Shown one piece after another: positions 1 through 13,030 of a stretch of DNA of 64,000 nt. Every line of letters begins with the position of its first letter. Position 1 is the first letter of the stretch. Source of the DNA: the human T2T-CHM13v2.0 reference genome, Homo sapiens; the NCBI RefSeq assembly GCF_009914755.1, contig NC_060927.1; one strand, written 5' to 3'. A model generated the notes under the pieces. The model was not told the origin of the DNA. It saw nothing but the letters and a program-made list of their open reading frames with translations, and did no database searches. The translations under genes and the position numbers were made by a program.

Positions 1-116
1 AACTAGCATGAGCCGAGTGGACAGAACGAACCCAGTGGGCCTGAGCAAAACACAGGTAAAGGCGGCACCAGCCAGAGGTTTCAGGCAGAAAAGTGACACC
101 CCAGGATTCAGTAACA
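1..116 (+). mobile_element. MER52-family ERV1 LTR, 3' end
   Basis: Ends cagaggtttcaggcagaaaagtgacaccccaggattcagtaaca; homologous to the reverse complement of the copy starting at 19448. Confidence 0.8.
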
Positions 117-1034
117 CTTGTGCCCTTTGACCTCTCAGAGCAGCTGGGGATTGTGGTAAATTCTCTCTCGGATTTCAGACCTCCATGGATTTGTGTTTTG
201 AGCTGAGTTTCTTTGAGCAAATTTCTGTTCCAAATAGGCTTTAGAAGTTATAACAGAAACGGGACTGGGTCCAGGATCAGATTTGATCCAGTAGTTAACT
301 GGCTTGAATCCAGTTCCAGTTAGAGGCCTCCTACATCTGATTGGGTCAGAAGGAAAGTGGAGTAAATGATAATATTGGAACGGTTGTAAAATTTGGCTTT
401 TGAAAATTCACAGGGATTTTTGTGTTCTACCCCATTGTTTCATTTTTCTCGCATGCTTAGGTAGGAAAAAAAAAATCATTGGCTAAGTTAATCAAGGGAA
501 CCTAGGAGTAAAGCCAATATTTTAGGTAAAAATAGGATCCTTAATTTCTGGAAAACTAAGTTCCTTCTGGCTAATACGTTAGGCCTGGGAAGCAGCAAAG
601 TCTTACAGAAACGGCAAAATCTTACTAAAGATAACTTACAGTGGAACATTCCAAATGAATAATGCCCTGAAGTGCATTTAAAAATGAGGGCTCCCAAATT
701 AGTCTCATCTAGGGATGCCTATTAATATGCAGAAGCTTCTAAAAAGATTTAGAGATGGCACGGCCCATCTGGGAGCAAGTTTGAGTCTTACCAGTTTGAT
801 ACTGGGTGCCAAGCAAAGTGGCTCATATCTGTTTTGTCACATGTATTTTGCTCTGGACAGAATGAAAAATGTTAATTTGGTTACTCCAAGCAACCCCTTG
901 AACAGCATCTTGCAAAGCTGAGTGGATTCTTCCTGTGGTTCCATGATTTTCCATTGTGATGCAGCTTGGCCCCCAGAGCTATAATGTGGTGAGGAGGGCG
1001 ACAGAGCAAGACGCTATCTTTAACAAAAAAAAAT

Positions 1035-1337
1035 GGCCAGGCGCAGTGGCTTACACCTGTAATCCCAACACTTGGGGAGGCTGAGGCAGGTGGATCACCT
1101 GAGGTCAGGAGTTCAGGGCCAGCCTGACCAACAAGGAAAAACCCCATCTCTACTAAAAACACAAAATTAGCTGGGCATGGTGGTGCATGCCTCTAATCCC
1201 AGCTACTCAGGAGGCTGGGGCAGGAGAATCTCTTGAACCCAGGAGGCAGGGGGTTGCAGTGAACCAAGATCACACCATTGCACTCCAGCCTGGGCAACAA
1301 GAGGGAAAATCCATCTCAAAAAAAAATAATAATAATA
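1035..1337 (+). mobile_element. Alu (S-type)
   Basis: Dimeric Alu with A-rich tail. Confidence 0.95.
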
Positions 1338-1789
1338 GATTTGTCTATAAGGTTTTATGAAAAATTGGGTGACATTTGGCTTTCTCTCTTTAAAGAAGAT
1401 TTTCAGGTAATATTAAAAAATAATGAAAAATTTGTTTCCCTTGTAAATAAACTACCAAAAAAAAAAAAAAGGAAAAACAAGAGGCAGATTGTTTGGGAAG
1501 GTAAGTCTTCCCTCTATCAATGAGTAAAGATTTTTGCCCTTTAAAAATTTTTTAAGTCATGATTTTAGGTAAATGAATGACTTACGGTGACTTGGAATTC
1601 TATTTCATAACATCAAGTGTTTAAACCTTTAATATATTTAATAGGCTTCCCAAAATCAAATTTCAACTTCAAAACTGTCTTCTCTGACCTCTAACTTTGG
1701 GATGCTACAGAGGCCCCTGAAACACCCAAAAGAGAGGTAAACAGGACTATTTGACATGTTAAGTCACGTGGGAAGCACTGTCAAAATAA

Positions 1790-2185
<396 letters not shown>

Positions 2186-2234
2186 AGGATTTCTAAAATT
2201 CTAATATGTCTATATGCTATCTATCATAATTACC

Positions 2235-2543
<309 letters not shown>

Positions 2544-2840
2544 TAAGTTATTGTAGACCACACAAATAACCAAATTTCCTTGTCAATTGTCTTTAACTAT
2601 AACTATTTAAAGTCATTTCCACAGTTAATTGCTTAATGGTGATGCAGTTTCTAAAAACTTCACAAGCATGCAAAATTCTAGAATATGGTGTCTCTTAGAA
2701 GATTCATGAAAGAATGAAAAGGACCCTGAAAAACACTCGTGAGCACAGGTTTCTAATAACTTGAATATCATGGGTAAATATTCCCCATAAGTTCCCCGAT
2801 TCCCCAAGAATTGGACTGGTTAAGAATTCCCAAAAGTTAT

Positions 2841-3137
2841 GCTGGGCACAGTGGCTCACGTCTGCAATCCCAGCACTTTGGGAGGCTGAGGCCAGTGGAT
2901 CACTTCAGGTCAGGAGTTTGAGACCAGCCTGGCCAATGGTGAAACCCCGCCTCTACTAAAAATACAAAAATTAGCCGGGTGTGGTGGTGTGCGCCTGTAA
3001 TCCCAGCTACTCGGGAGGCTGAGGAGGAGAATCGCTTGAACGCAGGAGGCAGAGGTTGCAGTGAGCCAAGATCGTGCCACTGCACTACAGCCTAGGTAAC
3101 AGAGTGAGACTCTGTCTCAAAAAAAAAAAAAAAAAAA
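2841..3137 (+). mobile_element. Alu (S-type)
   Basis: TSD aattcccaaaagtt; poly(A) tail. Confidence 0.95.
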
Positions 3138-4445
3138 TTCCCAAAAGTTTAATAAAAAGACCAACTGGTTTATAAAACTGCTAACCCAAGTAAAACAAAA
3201 ATTGAATACCAAGGAAATATTTTGCCAGATTTGCATGCTAAATCACCAATACTGAAATTGTTTAGACATATAATTTAAATAAACTCCATGGTCTAAGTCA
3301 AATTACCTATAACTCTTCAGTTACCAGTGCCATGCACCTAATTTGGAGAAACAGCTGGTATTCAAGAGGATGTAAGTCTAATGTTAATTAAGCACGGACT
3401 TATGAAGAACCAGGATGGCCGCCTTGTCCTTCTTAAGTCCTTAAAGCTTCTGTTATTAAAAGTTTTGCATTCCATAACTCATCATGGAAAAGAGAAAATG
3501 ATCCAAATTAAATATATTGGTGTGGTGATTTCTAAATTGCTAAAATAGTTTATAACCAATGTTTGGTTTGTCAAACCTATATTCCTAGGAAAACAATCAA
3601 AACTTCAGGTACATTTGGTTACCTGATGGGCCATTTAAACATTTTATAAAGGGATTTCATTCAGTTTTCATTTTCAGTGCATGTTTTCTGATTGTATAAA
3701 AGCTCTTCCATGCAAGAGGGTTGATGTTAAAACAGTAGATTATTATGCTGAAGTGTATTTTCACCAGCTAAAGAAAGCCTTTTATGGTTCACTGAGGACA
3801 GCGAACCCCTTCACAATCTAGAATCTGATGACTGGATCTTCTGAGAACATCAAAGAAGGACTGCCCTTGCCATCCACATGACAGCAAAACTTTAAAACCA
3901 TAAACTTTGGGTTCATAGTCTCACAATTCAGAAGGGTCCCTCCACACTCAGAACCGTATACCCATTGGAACCCTTAAGGTAAAGCTAACAAGGACAGTTT
4001 CTCCCCCAGAAGAAGATGGCATCCTTAATGTGAACAGCTTTTACCAAGATCACAGTTCGAGGCTTCTCTACTATCATGAGACTCTTAAGTATCTGTGCAG
4101 CTGCTAACACTTATGGCATATGGAGAAAACATGGGGTATTATAAAGATTTGGTTGTAGGGAATTAACAAAAAACCGACTTAGTTAAGCAAGTAAACTCTT
4201 TATCTAACTCATTCTTTAATCTATTTGATTTTAGGTGGTTTGATTTACAGGGACCCTGAGTAAGGAGCATATGCCAAATTCTTGGTGATATCCCAGTAGT
4301 CGTAAGAGTCTCCCTGGTGCACTGTACTTCCTCAAATGTTTTAAGAGTTTGCATGCAGCCATCTCTAAAATGTCAAATGGTATCTCTTCAACTGGAATGA
4401 CAAGAAATTAAGAAAAAATGTGCAACTATAAGGACACTGTAACCT

Positions 4446-7400
4446 ATGAGTGACATGCTAAACCGGAAACCCAAAACAATGGGAGTGACATGCTAAACCA
4501 GAAACCCAAAACAATGGGAGTGACGTGCTAAACCAAAAACCCAAAACAATGGGAGTGACATGCTAAAACCGGAACCCAAAACAATGGCAGTGACGTGCTA
4601 AAACCAGAAACCAAAAACAAATGGGAGTGACGTGCTAAAACCAGAAACAAAAAACAATGGGAGTGATGTGCTAAAACCGGAACCCAAAACAATGGGAGTG
4701 ACCTACTAAACCAGAAACCCAAAACAATGGGAGTGATGTGCTAAAACTGGAACCCAAAACAATGGGAGTGATGTGCTAAAACTGGAACCCAAAACAATGG
4801 GAGTGATGGGCTAAAACCTGAACCCAAAACAATGGGAGTAATCTGCTAAACTAGAAACCCAAAACAATGGGAGTGATTTGCTAAAACCGGAACCCAAAAA
4901 AATGGGAGTGATATGCTAAAACCGGAACCCAAAACAATGGGAGTGACTTGCAAAAACCAGAACCCAAAATAATGGGAGTGACGTGCTAAACCAGAAACCC
5001 AAAACAATGGGAGTGACGTGCTAAAACCGGAACCCAAAACAATGGGAGTGACATGCTAAAACCGGAACCCAAAACAATGGGAGTGTCATGCTAAACCAGA
5101 AACCCAAAACAATGGGAGTGATGTGCTAAAACTGGAACCCAAAACAATGGGAGTGACGTGTTAAAACGGAACCCAAAACAATGCGAGTGACATGCTAAAA
5201 CTGGAAACCAAAACAATGGGAGTGACGTGCTAAAACCGGAAACCAAAAAAAATGGGAGTGACTTGCTAAAACCGGAAACCAAAAACAATGGGAGTGATGT
5301 GCTAAAACCAGAACCCAAAACAATGGGAGTGTCCTGCTAAACCAGATACCCAAAACAATGGGAGTGACGTGCTAAAACCGGAACCCAAAACAATGTGACT
5401 GATGTGCAAAAACCAGAACCCAAAACAATGGGAGTGACCTGCTAAACTAGAAACCCAAAACAATGGGAGTGACGTGCTAAAACTGGAACCCAAAACAATG
5501 GAGCTGACGTGCTAAAACCGGAACCCAAAACAATGGGAGTGACATGCTAAAACTGGAACCCAAAACAATGGGAGTGATCTGCTAAAACCGGAACCCAAAA
5601 CAATGGGAGTGACGTGCTAAACCAGAAACCCAAAACAATGGGAGTGATCTGCTAAAACCGGAACCCAAAACAATGGGAGTGATGTGCTAAAACCGGAACC
5701 CAAAACAATGGGAGTGATGTGCTAGACCAGAAACCCAAAACAGTGGGAGTGACATGCTAAAACCGGAACGCAAAACAATGGCAGTGACGTGCTAAACCAG
5801 AAACCCAAAACAGTGGGAGTGACATGCTAAAACCGGAAAACAAAACAATGGGAGTGACCTGCCAAAACCAGAAACCAAAAACAATGGGAGTGACTTGCTA
5901 AAACCAGAACCCAAAACAATGGGAGTGACGTGCTAAACCAAAAACCCAAAACAATGGGAGTGACGTGCTAAAACCGGAACCCAAAACAATGTGAGTGATG
6001 TGCAAAACCCGTAAACCAAAACAATGGGAGTGTCATGCTAAACCAGAAACCCAAAACAATGGGAGTGATATGCTAAAACCGGAACCCAAAATAATGGGAG
6101 TGAGGTGCTAAAACCGGAACCCAAAACAATGGGAGTGATGCGCAAAAACCGGAACCCAAAACAATGGGAGTGCTGTGCTAAAACCGGAACCCAAAACAAT
6201 GGGAGTGAGGTGCTAAAACCGGAACCCAAAACAATGGGAGTGCTGTGCTAAAACCGGAACCCAAAACAATGGGAGTGAGGTGCTAAAACCGGAACCCAAA
6301 ACAATGGGAGTGATGCGCAAAAACCGGAACCCAAAACAATGGGAGTGACCTGCTAAACTAGGAACCCAAAACAATGGGATTGACGTGCTAAAACCAGAAC
6401 ACAAAACAATGGGAGTGACGTGCGAAAACCGGAACCCAAAACAATGGGAGTGATGTGCTAAAACTGGAACCCAAAACAATGGGAGTGATCTGCTAAAACC
6501 AGAAACCCAAAATAATGGGAGTGATGTGCTAAAACCGGAACCCAAAACAATGGGAGTGATCTGCTAAAACCAGAAACCTAAAACAATGGGAGTGACGTGC
6601 TAAAACTGGAACCCAAAACAATGGGAGTGATGTGCTAAACCAGAAACCCAAAACAATGGGAGTGATGTGCTAAAACCGGAACCCAAAACAATGGGAGTGA
6701 TGTGCTAAAACCGGAACCCAAAACAAAGGGAGTGATGTGCTAAACTAGAAACCCAAAACAATGGGAGTGACGTGCAAAAACCAGAACCCAAAACAATGGG
6801 AGTGTCCTGCTAAACCAGAAACCCAAAACAACGGGAGTGACGTGCTAAAACCGCAACCCAAAACACTGGGAGAGTTGTGCTAAACAGGAACCCAAAACAA
6901 TGGGAGTGACGTGCTAAAACCAGAACCCAAAACAATGGGAGAGACGTGCTAAACCAGGATCCAAAGCAATGGGAGTGACGTGCTAAAACCGGAACCCAAA
7001 ACCATGGGAGTGTCGTGCTAAACCAGAAACCCAAAACAATGGGAGTGATGTGCTAAAACCGGAACCCAAAACCATGGGAGTGTCGTGCTAAACCAGAAAC
7101 CCAAAACAATGGGAGTGATGTGCTAAAACCGGAACCCAAAACAATGGGAGTGTCCTGCTAAACCAGAAACCCAAAACAACGGGAGTGATGTGCTAAAACT
7201 GGAACCCAAAACAATGGGAGAGATGTGCTAAACAGGAACCCAAAACAATGGGAGTGACTTGCTAAAACCAGAACCCAAAACAATGGGAGAGACGTGCTAA
7301 ACCAGAACCCAAAGCAATGGGAGTGACGTGCTAAGCCAGAAACCCAAAACAATGGGAGTGACGTGCTAAGCCAGAAACCCAAAACAATGGGAGTGACGTG

Positions 7401-7599
7401 CTAAAACTGGAACCCAAAACAATGGAGCTGACGTGCTAAAACTGGAACCCAAAACAATGGGAGTGACGTGCTAAAACCGGAACCCAAAACAATGGGAGTG
7501 ACGTGCTAAACCCAGAAACCCAAAAAATGGGAGTCACGTGCTAAAACTGGAACCCAAAACAATGGGAGTGATGTGCTAAACCGGAAACCTAAAACAATG
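4446..7599. repeat. 35-bp minisatellite (VNTR-like), ~90 copies
   Basis: Unit GGGAGTGACGTGCTAAAACCGGAACCCAAAACAAT, with an equal-length variant ...AAACCAGAAACCC...; copy number estimated as length/35. Confidence 0.98.
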
Positions 7600-7662
7600 G
7601 TAACTAACAGTAGTGCTAAGGCCCTACATTTTGGTCACACTCTCAACTAAGTGAGAACTTGA

Positions 7663-7966
<304 letters not shown>

Positions 7967-7980
7967 AAAAGGAGGAATTT

Positions 7981-8230
7981 TTTAAGCAAAATTATGCGAG
8001 GCCATTGTTTTAAACTAAGCTCATGCAATAGGTCCCAACAGACCAAACCAAACCAAAATGGAGTTACTCATGCTAAATGTAACATAATCAAACTAAGACT
8101 TTAAGGAAACACATAAATCCTAGAACAAACCAGGTTTTGTTTTTCTCCTGTAAACAGGACGTTCCAGCATAAGAAGGTACCTTCTACTCAAGTCCTTGGT
8201 CCACCTTTTCAAAACTCACTGGTCTATTTC
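7981..8230 (+). mobile_element. Partial ERV1 LTR (MER65-like)
   Basis: Follows the PPT; contains gaggccattgtttt...cccaacagaccaaaccaaaccaaaatggag. Subfamily uncertain. Confidence 0.55.
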
Positions 8231-8340
8231 CCAGTGGGTTTCTAAAGCAAGTAAGTACATTTGCAATGGTAATAGTGACACCAGTGACTGAAGTTTTGGC
8301 CAATCTCTCAAAATTGAGAAAATAACCAAAGGGAAGGAAT

Positions 8341-8739
8341 TGTTAAAGTGAACTAAGTATGGCCTGAGAAGGACTCCATAATTCTATATATGAGTCCTTG
8401 TGGATGAACTGCAACCTACCTTAATAGGTAGACAAGAATGAAAACCTAACTTGAGAGTATGCACCTGGAACAACAGCTGCGTCTTGGCCAATCCCAGTGG
8501 CCAAACTTCAACCACTCAGGCACTGCCAAGTGTTCAAACTGTGTTCAAACAAGGCAAATGCTGAGTTGTTTCTGTACCTCACTTCTGATTTCGGTATGCC
8601 ACTTCCCTTTTGTCTATAAATCTTCTTCCACCAAATGACTGTGCTGGAGTCTCTGTGAATCTGCTGTGTTTCTGGGGACTCTCCGATTCATGAATCGTTT
8701 ATTGCTCAACTAAACTCCTTTAAAGTTTTTCTTTTAACA
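8341..8739 (+). mobile_element. MER57-family LTR preceded by its PPT
   Basis: TGTTAAAG...CTTTTAACA termini, CCAAT and TATAAA boxes, PPT aaagggaagga just upstream. Confidence 0.8.
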
Positions 8740-8780
8740 GAACTAACACAGAAGAATTTCCAGATCATGAACAGACATTT

Positions 8781-9386
8781 TGTAATACCCAAAGTTGTGT
8801 TAACATGAATAGACTCGTCCTTAGATACCTAACCTTGTTTTTAATATGAATAGACTCTCCCTTAGCTGAGAAAACCGGACAAACTCCATTTGGCTCCTTC
8901 ATTTATAAGACATCAAGGGCTCCTTACCCACTCCCTTTCCTCAAGGACTTTAACTTGTGCAAGCTGACTTTCAACATATCAAAGACTGCAATTAACTGAT
9001 AAAGCGCTGAGGCAAGTGATGTCTGCAGTTCCCAGCAATTTACTCAGAGATAGTATCATAAAGCCCGCACATTTGTCCGGCAGCTAACGCCCAGAGCCCC
9101 CTCACCTATCACTTTGTGGTGAATTTAAAGCCCCTGCACCTGGAACAGTTTGTTTTCCTGTAACCATCTGTCGTTTTAACTTTTTTGTCTGTTTTTTCTT
9201 CTGTAAGGTTGCTGCAGCTAGAATCCCCCCTCCCCTCTCTAAACCAAAGTATAAAAGAAAAGCTAGCCCCTTATCCGGGGCCGAGAGAATTTCGTGCGTT
9301 AGCCATCTCTCAGTCGCTGGCTAATAAAGGACTCCTGAACTCGTCTCAAAGTGTGGCGTTTCTCTCTAACTCGCTCGGATACGACA
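8781..9386 (+). mobile_element. LTR6 (HERV-S71) solo LTR
   Basis: TGT...ACA termini, TATAAAA, AATAAA, and 3' end cgtctcaaagtgtggcgtttctctctaactcgctcgg; imperfect 4-bp TSD attt/gttt. Confidence 0.8.
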
Positions 9387-9705
9387 GTTTCAACTATGGT
9401 AGAAGACTCGAGTAAGGCAATCACAGTCCCCCTAAATTTGACTATTATTTAGGTTAATGGTGAGTTTAGAAGAAATAAGTTAGGACTACACAGAGTGGGC
9501 TAAAGTGCAAATAAACACTGGAAGTATTTCCCAGAAAATATAACTTTGAACAGGCTGCTGCACACCCTGCATGTAGAGATAAACTAAGATAAAGGTGTGG
9601 AGAGTTATTTAAGGACCTGTGGTTAACTCAGTTCTCAAGATGTTCCAGGTTTCATCCATGAATCAAGGAGCACCTCCCAAAAGCTGTTTGGGACCACACT
9701 CTTTG

Positions 9706-10218
9706 AGCAAGGAGCATACCTTACAATGGAAGCTGTGCTTTGGCAGCAGATGCCCATTTCCACTGCACAACAGGCCGTGCTTTAGTGGAAGATGACTGTT
9801 TCCACTGCACAACACTACAAGTGTTTACTGCCAGGCTGGTGTGAAATATGTTCCACCACAGCAAGGAGCATACCTTATGATGGAAGCTGTGCTTTAGCGG
9901 CAGATGACCATTTCCACTGCACAACACACTGTGCTTTAGCGGCAGATGACCATTTCCACTACACAACACACTATGCTTTAGCAGCAGATGACCATTTCCA
10001 CTGCACAACATGCCGTGCTTTAGCGGACGATGACCGTTTCCACTGCACAACACACCGTGCTTTAGCGGCAGATGACCATTTCCACTGCACAACACGCCGT
10101 GCTTTAGCGGATGACGACCGTTTCCACTGCACAACATGCCGTGCTTTAGCAGAAGATGACCGTTTCCACTGCACAACACTACAAGTATTTACTGCCAGGC
10201 TGGTGTGAAATATGTTCC
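9706..10218. repeat. 42-bp tandem repeat (2+7 copies) inside a ~155-bp tandem duplication
   Basis: Unit YGTGCTTTAGCGGCAGATGACCATTTCCACTGCACAACAYRC. The flanks agcaaggagcatacctt and tttactgccaggctggtgtgaaatatgttcca each occur twice. Confidence 0.95.
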
Positions 10219-10572
10219 AGCACATAACCTATGTCACCACCGAAGGTGGTGGTTCAGACTTGGTGCACACAAGCTTTCCTGTCCCACAAGAACACAGCAT
10301 GCTCTCTTCGCGGGTTCCATTCCAATCACGTAACAACCATGACTGACTTTTTTGTCACTGCATCAGAAAGATCAGAGGAAAATTTGCACTCAACTTAGAC
10401 AACTCTAAGCTCTTACAACCTGTCTATATCTACAGGTCAGCTTTATCTTATTTATGTATATTTCCTTCAACCTGAGTTTTACTTATTTCCACTTTTCTTT
10501 TTTAATTCACAGACACCCATAAACTCAGAAAATACAGTGTAAAACAAAGTGAAGAACAAATAAACAACTCAC

Positions 10573-10629
10573 CAGAGATTTATTCTTTTCTTGTAGCTCT
10601 TGGAAACAGCCAGAGAACACTGGAAACAT
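10573..10629 (-). CDS. ZNF717: First coding exon (19 codons, phase 0) of a KRAB-ZNF gene; whole exon 10573-10631
   Basis: Minus strand reads ccttctctctcag|CT ATG TTT CCA GTG TTC TCT GGC TGT TTC CAA GAG CTA CAA GAA AAG AAT AAA TCT CTG|gtgagt, i.e. MFPVFSGCFQELQEKNKSL with canonical splice sites. This matches my recollection of the ZNF717 N-terminus before the KRAB-A box. Too short for the ORF track. A paralogous copy cannot be excluded. Confidence 0.85.
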
Positions 10630-11239
10630 AGCTGAGAGAGAAGGCAAATGACGTGAATTAAGGAGAGAACTGGTGTGGTGTGGTCCCAGATTCTTCTGCC
10701 CAACACTCTAGACACATTACCTGGAAAAGCCCTCCTCCCTCCTGAAAAAGAAAAACTTCCCCATGGGAGAAGAGTCCTTCAAGCCTCATTAGGGGCAGCA
10801 AAGACTCAAGATAAGATACATCTACAAGTACATTAATTGGTAGACATTAGATGCACAATTTATTTTGAATAAAAATATGTATTACCTACTAATTTAGCAA
10901 CAATATTACCTAAAGATACAATCTAATAATTTAATACAAAGAAACATTATAAGTTCACTAAAATAAATGTTATAGAAATATACTGGGCTGTATTAACTAT
11001 TTTCCTATTAATATGTGGATTCCACAAATAACTTCATATGAGTGTTCCCATGACAGTACATCTTGCTTTTCTATACCTGAACATCATGGAAAGTGCATCT
11101 TGCAACCCAGCAATTTTGGCCTACAATTACTTTTTTTTAAATGTACATAATATGTATTTCCTGCAGTACACCATTCTACTCATGTTTCCCAATAACACCT
11201 TTCCCTGTATCCAAGCCCTCATATTATGCTCTGACAATA

Positions 11240-11620
11240 AATTGGGCTTTTCCATCTGACTTGTCCAGTGAATGGACAATGGAAAATGTGATGCAAATAT
11301 CCATTGGTTCTTGCCTTTTTGGACACAGTCATATTGTGAGGAGGTCTGGAGCTACCCTGGTGGAGACACAGGGCCTAGCCAAGAGTCACCACAAACCGCC
11401 AGATTGTGAAGGAAACTATCTTAAACCAACCAGGCTCAGTCAACCCACCATGTGACCAAGGCCTCTTTTGTGATCCAGGCAACATAAATATATCAACTAC
11501 CCAGCTGAACCCACCACACCAAAATGCAGATCCACAGAACTTCAAACAAATAAAATGGTGGTTGTTTTTTATAAGCCAGTAAGGTTTAATTAGTTCCTTA
11601 AACAGCAAGTATTAACTGTT
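11240..11620 (+). mobile_element. Old MaLR LTR (MLT1-like)
   Basis: cccagctgaaccc...aaatgcagatccacagaa...aataaaatggtggttgttt...aagcca resembles an MLT1 3' end. Confidence 0.55.
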
Positions 11621-12379
11621 ACACCTAAGTGAACAGAATTCAATATGTTTTTAACAAAATTACGTAGGGGGAGAAAGTCTTAAATTACAAATCAAATACA
11701 ATCGATAGAACTTCACAATCTAATGCTAAAGCTAAATTTGGTGATGGACTAGGTTTAATATATCTCAAACGCTGGAAACAACGAGGAAAGGTTGAAGGAA
11801 TGGGACTGTGTTTGGAGAGTATTTTAATCTTCTCAGGTATGACAGGTCACTCCTGTACCCCAGACCACACTTTCAGGCCCCTTCAAATAAGGAATATTTC
11901 CTAGGTCCTTGCCTGTTCTTCTCAGCCGAATTCACCTCAACCTTCTGAAAGTTCGTCCAAACCTACCACTGTCACCTAGTCTTTGCAAATCTTGTGCATT
12001 CTAGGGAGTAGAATTAATATTTCCCGAGCGAGGAAAACTGGGATCTTCACCTGTGACCTTTTATCCTCCTCTGAAGCACCAGTGGGAGGTTAGACCAGAG
12101 GGCTGTTCTTTCAAGTGCGCTTCTTATTCATAGGGAACCCTCCCTTTCAAACCTTATAACACACGGTTAAGACTGAAGTACCCTTAAGGCTGAAGACCAT
12201 CATCCAGTACCCCATCTCCCTCGCGGCATCAGTGAGTTCTTCCCTGGAAACTAGGTCTCGTATAAACTTCTGTAAACGCAACCCAGGAGGACTAGGCAGG
12301 TCACACAGTGAAGGAGGGAACCAGAAACTTCACTTGCTAAAGAGACACCGGGAAACCCAACTAATACAAACGCCCAGTT

Positions 12380-13030
12380 TAAGACTCGAGGCGCACGCGT
12401 TTCGCACTACTCCTCTGGGAATGGGGAACGTCTCCCGAGAACTGTGTGTTCGCACTGGGACAGATGGGCAAACTGAGCGTCATGCGGGTTGGTAACCGGC
12501 TCCCTCAGCGGCAGGACAGGAGCGCGGCCTGCAGACTCCGGGCCCAGGGCCACCGGCCTCGCCTACCCGCTCCTGCGCCTCTAGAACCCGCTTCACTGCC
12601 GGGACCCCACGCCTGTCCTCCCAGCCCCCGCCAGGGTCCGCGGCCTGCACCTGCACTTCAGGCCCTGCCCGCCCGCGATGCGCCCACGCGTCTGCTCCCA
12701 CAACTGGGGAACACTGGTCCGGCCCCCCGGGATCCCCCGGGCCCACGGGTTCCTCTTCGCCCTCGCACCGACCCGCAGGGACATAGAACCAAGCCCCAGG
12801 CTGGCCCAGCTACAAGACCGCCTCTGGGTGCCGCACTTCCGGAGGAAAATGGCGGAGTGGGCGGGGCGGCGCATGCGCAGAGAGAAAAGCTGGTTCCCAA
12901 GGTCCTTGATGGTAACATCATTGGAAGGTGACACTACATTTCCCATGAGGCTCTGCGGTCCCCGGTTAGGAACCCAAGCCGGACATTCTGTTTTGCCCAG
13001 CAGTGAGTCCAGTTACCCAGAGACCCGGAC
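12380..13030. promoter_or_regulatory. CpG-island promoter of the ZNF gene
   Basis: Only CpG-rich non-repeat stretch in the window. ETS CACTTCCGG 12834-12842, YY1 AAAATGGCGG 12846-12855, GC box 12859-12866, NRF1 GCGCATGCGCA 12869-12879, ZNF143-type ACTACATTTCCCATGAGGCT 12933-12952. Lies ~2 kb upstream of the coding exon. Confidence 0.9.
12651..12830 (-). other. ZNF717: Probable non-coding exon 1 (5'UTR)
   Basis: Just downstream (minus strand) of the motif cluster. Candidate donor CAG|GTGCAG at 12651/12650; alternative CGG|GTAGGC at 12567/12566. The TSS position is inferred. Confidence 0.55.

Noticed and set aside
4528-7382. Repetitive minus-strand ORFs (GSGFSTSLPLFWVPVLA...)
   Set aside because: Translation artefacts of the 35-bp array. 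The period is not a multiple of 3 and the starts are non-ATG.
9721-10225. Cys/His-rich 14-aa repeat ORFs suggesting zinc fingers, and a CRISPR-like appearance
   Set aside because: No C2H2 spacing; frames are open on both strands because the 42-bp unit lacks stops; there are no unique spacers and the context is eukaryotic.
10235-10251. Perfect mini-hairpin CACCACC-GAA-GGTGGTG next to the 42-bp array
   Set aside because: A 7-bp stem is expected by chance in 64 kb.
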